A stretch of 64,000 bases of DNA from Diplonema japonicum (Eukaryota; Protista; Euglenozoa: Diplonemea), in the NCBI GenBank assembly GCA_964019335.1, contig OZ025705.1:62001-126000 (forward strand), read 5' to 3'. The notes below the pieces were generated by a model. It saw nothing but the letters and a program-made list of their open reading frames with translations. It did no database searches and was not told where the DNA came from. The first letter of the stretch is position 1; the number at the start of each line of letters is the position of its first letter. Positions 49,521 through 61,369 of this stretch are shown piece after piece. A program made the position numbers and the translations under genes.

Positions 49521-50861
49521 TTACTGCTTCCCCCTCAAAATGTTCATAAGGGGCCCCAGAGCAGTGCTCCAAAGGTACGACTGGTTCTTAACAAGGAACA
49601 TCTTCAACACAAGGATGAACATGATGGTCCACACAGTCACACCAACAGCGGAGAGCCAAAACTTAAGCGTAGCACGGGCATCCGACGTGAGAGAATAGGG
49701 TGCGTTCTTCCTCGCAGTGAACTCGAGGAAATTAGGACACAACGAGTGCGTCGCAAGAATCATGGAAACCGCACCAGTACCAGATAAAATTGCTAGCAAC
49801 ACAGACTCCGATCCATACTGCTGCCTGGACCCAGGAGCAATGGAAGTCTTTCCTGACCATGGTACCCCGTTCAAAATATTCCAGTACATCCCACCTGTTA
49901 GCAGACAGTATGCAACCAATGCTCCTCCAAAAATGACCGTTCCCACATAGATCTCCCACTCCGGTCTGCGAGCCACCATATTGTGCTCGTCGCCATCTTC
50001 GACACAGTTTTTGAGGAACACTTTTTCCTGCAGATCGACCTTGCTGCTGTCAAAGAGTTCCACACCGATCCCAAAGATCCTCCCTAGCCACAGTGCTGCC
50101 GACCCTAATATGATCAGAACCAAAACGTTTTTCAACAAATCCTGCGGTTTTTTCTTTTGCTGGAAGTCGAGCGGTACATCCTGCGGGCAAACGGCCATCT
50201 GCATGGCTGCCTTCACCCTCATAAACTTGCAAATGTTGTTCATAGTGAAGTCCTGGCTCCTGATCCCGTATGATTCGTACTCCTGTTCTTCCTGTGTTGC
50301 GACTTGGCGTTTTCTTCTTTCAGCTCTTGAGATGGTTCTCGACGCAGAGGGTGTTCCCTTGGCAGCCTTCTTCTTCCCCTCGAGTTCTGCAAGAAGTGTT
50401 TTACGAAGATTCTTCGCTTCTTGGTCTTCAATCATTCCTTTCCCAAATCGAGCTCCCGAAGTGCTTCCAGGCTTTAGAACGATTAAGGACGGGACGCTTT
50501 GAACACGGAGTTCTCTTGCGATGCCGTCGGTGTACCTGTCTAGCTTTACGCGGACGAAGTAGAGGGGGGCTTCCTTATCTTGGTTGTAGACCCTGCCGCC
50601 TCTGTGTTGTTGCTTGAAGGAGGAAACGTAGTCCTCGAACTGCTTAGAGTAGTAAGGGCACGCCTGGCACTCCCTCCCGTCGCCGGTAACGAACAACATC
50701 GCCACGAAGAATTCCCTGTCCTTACCCTTGATGTGCTGGACATAGTCATCGTACGATATATCAATCACCTCATCTGCCGATCCATCTGAAAACGGCCCAT
50801 CTGGATTACACACCACAAGGCTGGCCATCGACAAGACCGTTGCTGCAATAGCACTTCTCAT
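49521..50861 (-). CDS. OST3: Oligosaccharyltransferase OST3/OST6 (MAGT1/TUSC3) family subunit
   Basis: Signal peptide, thioredoxin-like CQAC, four C-terminal TM segments, GGMYWNILNGVP...GSRQQYGSES. Confidence 0.82.
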   Translation of the reverse strand: MRSAIAATVLSMASLVVCNPDGPFSDGSADEVIDISYDDYVQHIKGKDREFFVAMLFVTGDGRECQACPYYSKQFEDYVSSFKQQHRGGRVYNQDKEAPLYFVRVKLDRYTDGIARELRVQSVPSLIVLKPGSTSGARFGKGMIEDQEAKNLRKTLLAELEGKKKAAKGTPSASRTISRAERRKRQVATQEEQEYESYGIRSQDFTMNNICKFMRVKAAMQMAVCPQDVPLDFQQKKKPQDLLKNVLVLIILGSAALWLGRIFGIGVELFDSSKVDLQEKVFLKNCVEDGDEHNMVARRPEWEIYVGTVIFGGALVAYCLLTGGMYWNILNGVPWSGKTSIAPGSRQQYGSESVLLAILSGTGAVSMILATHSLCPNFLEFTARKNAPYSLTSDARATLKFWLSAVGVTVWTIMFILVLKMFLVKNQSYLWSTALGPLMNILRGKQ

Positions 50862-51277
50862 TTTTTTTTATATTTTTCGCCCTCCCCTTTTTTTTTTTTT
50901 TTTGAAATTTTGAAAAATTTTGAGAGTTTGATAAAAGGGTAAATGTTGGGGGGGGGGGGGGGGGGGGGTTTTAAAAAAAATGTTAAGGTTTTCTCTTTTT
51001 ATTTTTATTTTTTTTTATTTTTTTCTTGAATCGGATAAAATCGCCTTTAAAAAGGAGGCGGGGGGAGAGCGATGGAAGCGGGGGGTGAGAATTTTTTGAG
51101 GAGGCTTTTTTTCCTTTTTTTTTTCCCTTCCTATTCTTCCGCTCACCATGTGTACTCCATCTAATATAAGAGATAAAGGAAGCGAGTTGGTGGCGCCTTG
51201 CACAAGCACTGTCTACTTGATTTACAGAGGGCGCACCTCGGCATTAATAAAAAAAAATATTGCAAAATTCTTTCGTC

Positions 51278-51360
51278 ACCGCAGACAGAGCAAGAATTAC
51301 AAGCGTGAGTAAAAAAAAACACCGCAGACAAAGCAAGAAATACAAGCGTGAGTAAAAAAA
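51278..51360. repeat. Tandem duplication, about 2 x 42 bp
   Basis: ACCGCAGACA(G/A)AGCAAGAA(T/A)TACAAGCGTGAGTAAAAA twice. Confidence 0.8.
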
Positions 51361-51485
51361 AAAAAAAAAAGGAGGGTAAGGAAAGGAGTAAACAACAAAC
51401 AAAGCAAAAAAAGGGGGTGTTGAATAAAAAAAATACTGCGGTTTAGTCAAAAAGAAATTATGATCCCATATGTCTGCACAGCTAC

Positions 51486-51522
<37 letters not shown>

Positions 51523-51813
51523 ATGAGATAAAGGAGGTTCCTGTCTTGGAACGTCCCCCTTGTCTCTACAAAAAAAAAAACCCCCTTCGCACTCCTATCC
51601 TTCGAAGAGCATAAAATAAAACAAAAAAAAAAAACGTTATCAAAAGGGAGGCTTGTCGTTTGTTTACTTTCTTCTTTTCTTTTTTTTTCTCCCCCCCCCT
51701 GCCTTCCCCCATTTCTTCAGGAAATGAAACAAAAAAAAAAAAAAAAAAAAAAAAACCACACGAAGGGATTATTAAATAATATAAAAAAAAAAAAAAATTG
51801 AGACGAAATCTTA

Positions 51814-53118
51814 TCAACTTACGACGATCTGTGTGGATGTCAGGTAAGGCAAAAGAGAAAGCGAGGGCGTTGTGTCTATAAACATGAGAACGGCTTGAAG
51901 AGTAGCCTGCGCCCAACCCGCCGTCCCAGTCATTATAAAACGCGGGGCAAAGGCCGAGAGATACTCGGAAGTAGCCCACAAAAGAGGTGGGTTCGCCCTC
52001 AGCACACAACGCACAAACGCTGGAAATACCCTGTCAGCCCCAACAATAAGCTCTTCAGATGGAAGAGAATTCTGGATTTCCTCATGTATTATAGTGAGTG
52101 CGTCGACAAGTGAGCTGAGCTTGAAATCGAGAGAATTCGAAACGTTGTGCAAAGAGGCAATGGCGGAGTCAGCAGGGCCAAGCTCGGACAAGTCGGCAAG
52201 TGAACCCCGCAAACCTGAAATCTTTTGATATAACGCAGTACTTTTATCGTTATGTTTTGCAGCCCACACGCGTGCCATTGAAATTTCCGTTTTTCGGTCG
52301 ATGGTCGCGGTGAGTTCTTTTCTCAAACCCTGTTCAGATTTTGATTTCTCCTCAACAGAGAATTCCCACAGCTTGAACAAATGCTCTGCAAATCGAGCCG
52401 AGAAGACAGTTACGTCTTGCTGACTGTCCTGTATTCTCTGCTTCTCATCCACGGTTCTCTTCACCATTTCCCGTTCGAAATTTTCTATCATGAGATCGAC
52501 GCAGCTTCCGGGGGTTTCAACGACCTCGGAGAATGACAGCCCTGCCGGTGCTTTCTCCCATTTTTCTCTTATAAATTGGTCCCATTCGAGTTCTAATGGT
52601 GTAGGTTCGGGGGCGATCTCTTCCCATTCCGTAGACGACGCGGTGGAGGACCCGGACCGCAGTGGGAGTCTTTTCTTCTTCTTCTTGAATTTTTTAAAGG
52701 GAGCCGACACAAATGTGTTCAATGCTGTTGAAGCGCTTGTCAAACCCTCTACCGCAAACGACATTGGAGCCGCAATATATAATTTATACCGTTTTCGCCT
52801 GCCTTGTTCTAGCGAGACGGAGTTCTTAGTGCAGACTAAAGGGTCGAGAACGGGTATGAGCTCTTCTTCCAATCTGTCCAAAGCTCGTTTTGCTCCGGCG
52901 ATGAGTTTTTCAGCGATTTCGCCAACTTCTTCATGTACATCCTCGTTGTTCACTATTTGCGAAATGTTCTTCTCCAGAAGCTTCGCGATACCCATAACTT
53001 GCTTCATAACGCCATGAAGTCCCCCGCCGTCACGCCCCAACAGCGCCTCTGCCTCCTCCATCCTCGTGAGCTTAGATTCCAACAATAATTGTCCAACCGT
53101 CAAGTTCAGAGAGTGCAT
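51814..53118 (-). CDS. VPS9-domain protein (Rab5-family GEF)
   Basis: GADRVFPAFVRCVLRANPPLL..EYL..F..GTAGWAQATLQAVLMFI. Confidence 0.8.
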   Translation of the reverse strand: MHSLNLTVGQLLLESKLTRMEEAEALLGRDGGGLHGVMKQVMGIAKLLEKNISQIVNNEDVHEEVGEIAEKLIAGAKRALDRLEEELIPVLDPLVCTKNSVSLEQGRRKRYKLYIAAPMSFAVEGLTSASTALNTFVSAPFKKFKKKKKRLPLRSGSSTASSTEWEEIAPEPTPLELEWDQFIREKWEKAPAGLSFSEVVETPGSCVDLMIENFEREMVKRTVDEKQRIQDSQQDVTVFSARFAEHLFKLWEFSVEEKSKSEQGLRKELTATIDRKTEISMARVWAAKHNDKSTALYQKISGLRGSLADLSELGPADSAIASLHNVSNSLDFKLSSLVDALTIIHEEIQNSLPSEELIVGADRVFPAFVRCVLRANPPLLWATSEYLSAFAPRFIMTGTAGWAQATLQAVLMFIDTTPSLSLLPYLTSTQIVVS

Positions 53119-53606
53119 GCAAACCCTCCCCCCCCTTTCTCTTTTTGAATTTTTTTTTTCTTCGGTTGATATGAAAAGAAAAGGGGGGGTTAAAATAAAT
53201 ACATTCAGAAGAGGGAAGGGAGGGTAACTGATAACAATTACTTTTTTTTTTTAATAGATTTTTAATACAACGGGTATTTTACTTTTTTCTTTTTTAAAAA
53301 CGATGTGTGGGGGGAGGGGTGGAGTGAGGGGTGGTTATTCGTTTATACTTTTGTTTTGACTCGGCGACGGTTTACAAAAAAAAAAACTTTATTTTTTTCA
53401 TTTTTTTTTTTTTTTTGTACCTGCAACAAAAAAACAAAAGGGAGACGATCTTTATATTAAATCTATTTTCTAACATCGATATTTAATTACTACTTTGATA
53501 GTTTTTTATATTTTATATTTTTCAGCTTTACAATTAGACATCACATACCTGGGAAAGGGAGGGGGCAATATAGTATTAATTTAGCAGCTTGTTATTTACA
53601 GCATAA

Positions 53607-54242
53607 TTACGAAGTGCTGTTTGTATATACATGTTTTCTATTTGCGTCTTGCTCATAAGGGTTGTGGTGATATCCAGTGCGTTGCCTGTAGGCCTTCTTC
53701 TTTTTGTTTCTTTGGATAGTGTAAAGATGCGCGACGTCCCCACCTATGGTGAGATATGTGACACCGTCAAATAAGGGCCGGTGTAAGTCTGTATAGGTCC
53801 GGGCAGTGTCATTAGATTCAGCTTCGCAATAAATTTCGTAAACCTTGGCGTTTTTCTTAACGGGGTCTACCGCTCTTCCTCTTACAAAGATAGTTTCGTG
53901 GTGAGGTGTCCGTTCCTGATATAAGGCTGTGATTGCTTCGAAATCTTCTGTTTTTAAGTTTTCTGCCTCGCGTGCCGTTACGATCTGAAGCATTACCACA
54001 GCAGTGTTCCTGCTTTGTTCCTCCAAGGGTTCTGAAGCAAGTCTTCTAAGTCTCTGCCCCATGTTCTTGAGTGGTTCCGTCTCCTCTACCCCCACGCGCA
54101 TGGTCACATCTTTCGTAAAGTCGAAATGCGTACCTGCGATGTACACCCTCAATATTTCCCCCATCCTCCCAAGCTCCTCAAGTTTAACGGTGTGTGCGAC
54201 CCCTTGCAGGCTGACGATGCACAAGGAACGTCCTCCTGACAT
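53607..54242 (-). CDS. Hypothetical protein, possibly a distant relative of the RRM-like paralogues
   Basis: 211-aa complex ORF with colinear weak motif similarity to 22456..23373. Confidence 0.65.
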   Translation of the reverse strand: MSGGRSLCIVSLQGVAHTVKLEELGRMGEILRVYIAGTHFDFTKDVTMRVGVEETEPLKNMGQRLRRLASEPLEEQSRNTAVVMLQIVTAREAENLKTEDFEAITALYQERTPHHETIFVRGRAVDPVKKNAKVYEIYCEAESNDTARTYTDLHRPLFDGVTYLTIGGDVAHLYTIQRNKKKKAYRQRTGYHHNPYEQDANRKHVYTNSTS

Positions 54243-54864
54243 CCTTTATATGTAACCACCTAGTAGTTTGGGCGGAAACATCCGGCGTAATAAATTTTCG
54301 AAGTAAGTAACTTGCACTTCTACTTCTACTAAGAATTTATTTTTACTTTATTTATTTTTTTTTAGAAAATAAAATACGGCTTATTCTTGTAGTGAGGAAT
54401 GTGGTGGTTCAAGTGTGTGGGATGCTACCTAATATTGAGTGGCATGTGACTTCTGTCCCCCCACCCCCTCGTCACCTTCAGAAAAGATGAAACTTAATAA
54501 AAGGTTCCTGTCCACACCAGACATACCCTAGCAATTGAACGTGTTCCACAATACAAAAGTAGAATATTGATGGTGCCCGTTGCCAGCCGGACGAGCCAGA
54601 TGCATAAAGGAGGCCAGTTGGTGGCCCAGCGGCGCCCCTTTAACAACATACCTTTTTTGGTTTTTTTTTTTTCTTCTTCTTCTTTTTTGTTTTCCCTCTC
54701 CCCCCCCCCCCCCACCCCAACCTTTTTTTTATATAATTTTACCGTCTTAAAAAAAAGGGGGGGGGGAGAAAACCAAACTTTTATATATTATACTGAGGAG
54801 GGGGGAGGGGAAGGCTTTCAACTGGAAAGTTGGAAAAAAAACTTTTTTTTAACCTTTTTCTTTT

Positions 54865-55767
54865 TTACCGTTTACGCTGCTGTTGTCTTTTCTTCTTCTT
54901 TTTCTCGACGGGGGTAGGGGGCATCACGCCCAATAAGTCCGCGGTGCGTGATTTCACAGGTATCGAGTTGGCCTTTTTGTAACTGCAGTTCACAACCCCG
55001 ATACACCGGCCGTACACCTCGAAACCCGACAATTGCAGCTCATGAGACCCGAAGGAGTTTACACCTGTTAACGACACACGGAAATACCGAAGAGGATGCT
55101 TGAACAAAGAGGACGGACCGTGTACAGCCCATACCCCAAAAGGGTTCGTCCCAGTGAGGGTGTCGTCACCAACATGCTTGCGGAGAACATGCCACACAAC
55201 CCCGTCTCGCGACCCTTCAAGGATCCAGTCACGGGGGTAATACCCAAGGTATATAGGGTGCGAAGACCCAAAACTGTAGTGTGTGGGTATCACAGCGGGA
55301 TAACCTAGATCGATGGTAATCCATGAATTGTGCTTATTCAAAGTACTGTAGCACCCCAACGCTTTTTTTATAACGTCTTGCGACATTGCTTGTGGGCGGG
55401 TTGAGGAGGAGGTTACCCTTACAGCGCCTCCTGGTGTTGTTGTGTGAAAATGTAGGGTTCCAAAGCCGCTGCGGAACATCTCAAGAAGCCCGTCGCGCGT
55501 TTCCGGGAAGTTGTCAAGCGAAGGTGCTGCTGTTTTTATCACCACCGACGGGGAGGAGAAATGTGTGATTTGCTCGCCGAGATAGTCGAACCCGGTTTTT
55601 AATGACGAGCTGAAGATGTTGTGCTTGCTTGCCGTTGTTTTCACCATCCACTCAAATGTGGAGTTCTCCCCCTCGCTCGCATGTTTGCACACGAAACCCC
55701 AAAACGAGTCCCCCTCCTCCAGCTTTTTCAACACATGATCGCTCTCCATTTGCTGTTGCGGCTCTTC

Positions 55768-55820
<53 letters not shown>

Positions 55821-56070
55821 GCCCTGCTGGCCTCACTGTTCCCCGTAAAATCGGTTCTGGCTGAACAGATGGAGGCGAGGAGACCGGCACGGGTGGGGGA
55901 GGGACTGGCGGGTCTCCCTTCGTGCGTCCCTCTACCATTTTCTTCCGTTCTTTTTTTATCTTGTGCACCAATCTGTCCAAGCAGCGGTGTATAATACCGA
56001 CCTCACAGGTGATTTCATCGACAAAGGATTTCTCATCGTCATAGCTGCCACCCGAAGGGTACACAGTCAT
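54865..56070 (-). CDS. PolyQ protein with C-terminal F5/8C (galactose-binding-like, HECTD1-type) domain
   Basis: WITIDLG..IPTHYS..PRDWILEGSRDG..W.VLRKH..YFRV..TG.NS.GSH.L.LSGFEVYG; (CAA)n tract at about 55768-55820. Confidence 0.8.
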
Positions 56071-56486
56071 TTGTTGGGGCTGTGGTTGTGATGGGGTTGA
56101 GTGAGGGGGGGACTTTTAGATAAAAAAAAGAAGAAGAAAAAAGGCATTTTGCATCGTTCAGGTAAAAAAAAAGGGGGGAGGGGAGGTTAAAAACAGTGGT
56201 GGTTTTATGTGTTTTCTTTTTATATAAAAAACCATACCAAAGAAGAAAAAAAGAGGGGAGTGGTGGAAAAATAAAAAAAAGGGGGGGGTTTCTTTTTTTG
56301 TATCGTTCTTCTTTTTTTTGAAATGAACTTATAAAGAAATATTAAAAAAAAAAGCAACATGGGGTCTTTTTTTATTTCTTTTTCCCCCCCCCCCTCCCCC
56401 TTCAAAAGCGACGCGATTTTTTTTTTTTTTTTTGTAACGTGTGTAATATGAAAAACAAAAAAACACTGGAAAAAAGAAAAAAAAAA

Positions 56487-57254
56487 TCACAACTTAGACA
56501 TGAGGTTGCTCCTGCATCCAAGGAAACCACCGTCGATAGGGAGCATGTGCCCATTGATCATACCAGCACCGTCAGAAAGGAGGAATGCAATGGCCTCCGA
56601 GACATGGTGAGGTTCCGCAAAGCGGTGAAGCGGGATAGAGGACAGCATAGGATCAGCTACCTTAGGATCCGACCAGTTCGCACGCCCCATTTCGGTCAAG
56701 ACGACAGTGGGGTTGACAGAATTCACACGAATGCCGTAGGGACCAAGCTCCATGGCCATCATACGGGTGATCATGTCGACTGCCGCCTTGCTGGCACAGT
56801 ACGTCAGATGGCCTGGGAGGGGTGCGTTGCTGGCCTGCGATGACAGGTTAACGATGGCCCCCTTCACACCTTGTGCAATCCACATCTTGCCGAAGGATTT
56901 GCTTACCAAGAACACTGCCTTTGCGTTTAGGTTCATTGTGAGGTCCCAGTCCTTTGCTGTTTGTTCCATCAAGGGTGATATCTTGGCCAGGCCAGCGCTG
57001 TTCACCAAAAAGTCGGCGCGTCCCACCTTGTCAGCTATGGTCTCACACGCGACTGCGTCCATCATGTCGGCAGTGAAATATTCAAAACCCGGTTGGTTCA
57101 TTTCCTTCAGCTTCCCCTCGGCAGCCGGGGCGTCGATCCCCTTCACCTTACACCCGTACTTCAACAAGGTTTGTACGATGTCCTGTCCTATCCCCCCGCT
57201 GCACCCTGTCACTGCAACTGTCTTGTTCATTAATGATGCGGTGCCTCTCTTCAT
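56487..57254 (-). CDS. Short-chain dehydrogenase, L-xylulose reductase (DCXR)-like
   Basis: TGxxxGIG, VNSAG, YCASK, ELGPYGIRVNSVNPTVVLTEMGRANWSDP. Confidence 0.88.
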   Translation of the reverse strand: MKRGTASLMNKTVAVTGCSGGIGQDIVQTLLKYGCKVKGIDAPAAEGKLKEMNQPGFEYFTADMMDAVACETIADKVGRADFLVNSAGLAKISPLMEQTAKDWDLTMNLNAKAVFLVSKSFGKMWIAQGVKGAIVNLSSQASNAPLPGHLTYCASKAAVDMITRMMAMELGPYGIRVNSVNPTVVLTEMGRANWSDPKVADPMLSSIPLHRFAEPHHVSEAIAFLLSDGAGMINGHMLPIDGGFLGCRSNLMSKL

Positions 57255-58276
57255 TTTTCTTTTTTTGTTGTTGTTGTTGTTGCTTTTTTTTTTTTTTTTT
57301 TTTTTTTTTTCTTTTTACAAACGTATGAGTAAGGCTTTTAAAAAAAGAAAAAAAAAGAAAAAAATGGAAGAAGGGGAATAAGAAGACAAGAAAAGAAAAA
57401 AAAGAAAAAAAAGAAAAAAAAAAAGAAAAAGAAGAAAAAAAAAAGAGACATTTAAGGGTACCTGCGATATGTGACAGGACGCCTGAAAAAAAGGGGGGGG
57501 GGAACGGGGGCAAAAAAATATTTATATATTTATGACAACTTAATTCACTTTGCTGCTTTTTTTTTTTTTTTTTTCCCTTCTTTTTTTTTCTTTTGCACTT
57601 CAGCAAGGTTTGAAAGGACTTGACTGTTGTGTACAGTTGTGCCCCCTCGAGTACATAAATAAGTAAGGGCCCCTCCCTTGGAAAAGGGAAACAGGTTTTT
57701 GAGGAGGAACTGGGACCTTTTTGTGTGAGACCAACAACTGTTCCTGAAACTGGTACAACCTCTGTTCGGCAATATGCCACCTTGGGCATATAGGAATCAG
57801 GCCCCTGATGCGAAATTGCCTCTCCAAGCCTTACCGAGAGTAGTTGCTGCCGATCGTTCTTGTAGTTTTGCGAATAGTCCCAAATGAGGTCGGGGAGGGA
57901 GTGAAACGTCATAGCTTTGCTGTGGAGGCCTTGGTGCCTGCTGATCCCCATAGCACCATACCGGCCATGTGGCCTAGAAGAAAAAAAAATCAGGGGGGGA
58001 CTAAGAATTCTGACTTGGGTTTTTTTAAAGAAAATAAAACCTCAACTCTGAGGTTAAAGCCAGAAAGTGGACCTCCTAAAAAAAAAAAATCGCGGCCCTC
58101 CTAAGGTATCTTTACAAGATGGGGAACGGGGGGTGGGGATAAAGGAGTGCTGTTAAATTAAAGGAGAAAATCACTAAAAAAAAAAACCCCCCGTTACATT
58201 GCTCTCCTTGTGGAAACTAGGAAAGTATAATTTTTTTTTACGGAGGGGGGGAGAGAGAGAGAGAGAAACGAGAAAG

Positions 58277-58670
58277 AAATATATGAGTTAAAGGAGGCCG
58301 GTGTTGGCGGCGCCCTGCACAAGAACTGTCTACTTGATTACAGGGGGCGCTCCCCGGCCGAGTTGTAGCTTCTTCTGCGTTCCGCGTCGTGTCCTTAATG
58401 CGTGCGGTGTACAGCTCAACCCCAGCCGGTGCGTCCCGGGTAACCAAGATTCTGCGCTCGTGCAGTTTGCTGCCTGTTCGTCACCCTGAGCATCTGCGTT
58501 ATGTTCTTCCACTCGGGCGCTACCGGTGATGACCGACGAGGAGGTCAACAGCGAACAACGCAGGGGCGCATCTCGGCCGAGTTGTAGCTTTTTCTGCATT
58601 CCGCGTCGTGTCCTTCATGCGTGCGGTGTGCGCCCCGGGTAACCAAGCTTCTGCGCTCGTGCAGTTTGCT
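58277..58670. mobile_element. Family A copy with internal partial tandem duplication (58561-58670)
   Basis: Near-identical to the 29951 copy, then restarts at CAGGGGCGC. Confidence 0.9.
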
Positions 58671-58906
58671 CCCACCCACAGATAGAAACAAAAAAAATTT
58701 CACAATGATGGATGGGGAAAGAAGTGCTTACTATGCCCTCTTTTAGAACGATGCTAAGTCTTTCAACCACTGTTCTTTTTTTTTTTTTTTGTTTCTTCTT
58801 CTTTTTCTTTTTTTCTTTTTTAAAACTGTTCTTATTTATTTGATATGCACAACAAAATAGATCAACAAAAAAAAAAAAGATTTCTTCTTCCTTCATCCAA
58901 CTCTCA

Positions 58907-61369
58907 TCACAACTGCACGGGCAAACGCAAATGTGTGTTATATTGCAAAAACGAAGCGACCTTCTGTGCCACGGGGTCAGACCCAGCATTGGACACAATA
59001 GAAGCGAAGTCCTTTTGCGCATATGCTGTGCAGTAGTCCACCGACCATCCCCAAGGAGCAGCACCTGACGATTCCAAAGGAGAAGTTGGCGGCGGCGGCG
59101 CATGCAGCGACACTATCCCAGTACCCTTTAACAGCGAGGCATTCACCTCATAAATGGTAATTGAAGAAGGGAATGAAGCCGACGACCAATCGTCTACAGG
59201 TCGAAGAAGCCTCTCCAAAGCACCGTCTAGATAAGGCGGCCCAGGTGGCGCACACAACGCGAAAGTGCAAATATCAGCAGCTGAATCCGCAAGCATGCCT
59301 GCGAGATTGACCGTTTCACCCAGGACAGTGGAGAACTTTTGGAAGTGTGACCCCACGATCCCATATTTTACCTCTCCAGAGGCTATCCCGACGTGGCCTT
59401 GCACGCTTTTCGAGCTGCTTCCGAACTCATCGTGAAGCAAGGAGACACACCGGATACTTTTGTTGAAATGTGAATGGCATCTCCGTCCGGTGTTCCAGCT
59501 TGCAATCATGGAGTTACTTACTATGGTTACCACCGCGCCCTCGCATCGTTCAACGCAGCGTATTGCCTTCTCAAGCTCCTCGTTGACCTTTTCGGTGACC
59601 GCGTCCTTGCACCCACCGAGGAGTAGGGTTATCTTCTGTACCGTCGCCGCCACGGAGTTTTCAAGTTCCCTTTTAAGGAACTTCGGTGTGTATGCTAGGG
59701 ATTTGCTCGACATTGGTATTTTGACGATACCGGTGGTTACTTCGCAGTCGGACTCGTTTTGAAGGGGTTGTACACCGTCGTCATCGCTGACTTGTTCCTT
59801 GGGCTGCTGGTGGTCAGGGTCCGTGTTGAACGCCATAAGTTCCCTGACGCACGCTCGCCTCCCGTGCAGGGACTGCGGGAGCATCAACGATATATACGAT
59901 TCGGGGAATTCCGGGAGGTCCAAGGACCCCATCGACACCACGATGGGATTGTCAAGGGTTAAAAAATCCTGCCCGTCACAATCCTCGCCTGTCTTCCGCC
60001 GTCTTAAGACTGATATGACCTCCTCCGACACGGCGATGGTTCCCGGTAGACAGATCTCTTCTATTCTGGCTGCTTTTGTCACCACATCGCCGTTGTACTC
60101 AGTGCGCATTGAGGCAGGGTTGACCCACTGCTGCACGTCGCCGTAATGGATACCAATGCGCAGGTTGAGCCCGTTCCAGGCGTCATCGGGTTTGATTTTG
60201 GGCATGACCTTTCCCACTGCAAGGGGCCAGTCTTGTTCGAGGAGTCTCTCCTGGACGGATAGGCCGAAATTGCAAGCATCGGTCGCGGATGCGAATGCTA
60301 TCATGAAGCTTTCACCAATGGAGCTCACTTCATATCCATTGAACTCTTCTATCGCCAGTCGAACTACATTGGCGTGTGTTTGTACCGCGATCCTCATGGC
60401 CGAGCCGCAGCGTGCCCATAGTGCTGTGGGTTCATGAACGGCGGTGTATACAATTGCAGCTCTTGATGTTGGCATGTTTTTTCCCATTGAAGAAGGCTCC
60501 CATTTGGTGGAGGGAGCCGTAGCTTGGTCGAACAAAGTGTCCGGGATGTGCGGTCGGTAGAACGCGAGGCATTTCAAAAGATTGTGGATTGACACCGCGA
60601 TTTCAGAATCGATGACATTTGTGGAACTCTCGACGGTTTTCTCAGCACTGTCTAGATCGTAAGTAGTGATGGATTCCAAGAATTCGTTTAGCACGTCGGT
60701 CGCGGTTTTTAAAGTGCAGGCTTTCGACCTCCCGATGTGTTCTAACTCCCTCACAAACATTTGGTTTAACAGAACGATCGACATCGACAACAATGCTCCT
60801 CTCAGTCCTGCTGCAACACCAATCCCGCATGGAGGCTCGGAACAGTCCGTGATTTCCGCACGATTTGAGTAAGACGATGTTCCGCCGATGTCATACAACC
60901 CAAAGCGAAACGAGGCTTCAGCTGCTTGAAGGAGTAACCAAACCCCAGTACCATAGGCTACACCCTTCACGCTATCTGTGCTGGCATTGCACGCAATCAT
61001 CAGATTTATGACTAACATTATGAGCGGCCATTTTCTTTCGGAGCCTGCTTGAGCTGAATCGAAGTCTATTAGGATTACACCCACAGTTAACGTGTACCCG
61101 AAAATATGGGTTAAGATCCTCGGGAGGGTTTTTTTCACCACCAGGAAGCACAGGGTGCACCCGGATCCCACTATACCCAAGCACATGCCTGCAACGAGGT
61201 AGGCTACGCCCTCCAGTTCTGTCATTGCCAAGCACACCCCGCAGATTAAGATGATCAGAATGCATGCGATCCCCATTACCTTTTTTTTGGCGATCTCGCC
61301 TTGTCTGTCATTTTGTAGAGATAGTAGTGAAGTGAACGCTTCCAGCCATGACGCAAATACTGCGAGCAT
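58907..61369 (-). CDS. Multi-TM class III adenylate cyclase-like protein with two degenerate cyclase domains
   Basis: About 6 TM segments; trypanosome-type PTALW..M..AV..H..VVR..I..FNGYEV..IG.SFMIAF, GLNLRIGIHYG, AARIE; second domain HVGIASG..GIVG..VLGETVNLA. Confidence 0.88.
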   Translation of the reverse strand: MLAVFASWLEAFTSLLSLQNDRQGEIAKKKVMGIACILIILICGVCLAMTELEGVAYLVAGMCLGIVGSGCTLCFLVVKKTLPRILTHIFGYTLTVGVILIDFDSAQAGSERKWPLIMLVINLMIACNASTDSVKGVAYGTGVWLLLQAAEASFRFGLYDIGGTSSYSNRAEITDCSEPPCGIGVAAGLRGALLSMSIVLLNQMFVRELEHIGRSKACTLKTATDVLNEFLESITTYDLDSAEKTVESSTNVIDSEIAVSIHNLLKCLAFYRPHIPDTLFDQATAPSTKWEPSSMGKNMPTSRAAIVYTAVHEPTALWARCGSAMRIAVQTHANVVRLAIEEFNGYEVSSIGESFMIAFASATDACNFGLSVQERLLEQDWPLAVGKVMPKIKPDDAWNGLNLRIGIHYGDVQQWVNPASMRTEYNGDVVTKAARIEEICLPGTIAVSEEVISVLRRRKTGEDCDGQDFLTLDNPIVVSMGSLDLPEFPESYISLMLPQSLHGRRACVRELMAFNTDPDHQQPKEQVSDDDGVQPLQNESDCEVTTGIVKIPMSSKSLAYTPKFLKRELENSVAATVQKITLLLGGCKDAVTEKVNEELEKAIRCVERCEGAVVTIVSNSMIASWNTGRRCHSHFNKSIRCVSLLHDEFGSSSKSVQGHVGIASGEVKYGIVGSHFQKFSTVLGETVNLAGMLADSAADICTFALCAPPGPPYLDGALERLLRPVDDWSSASFPSSITIYEVNASLLKGTGIVSLHAPPPPTSPLESSGAAPWGWSVDYCTAYAQKDFASIVSNAGSDPVAQKVASFLQYNTHLRLPVQL

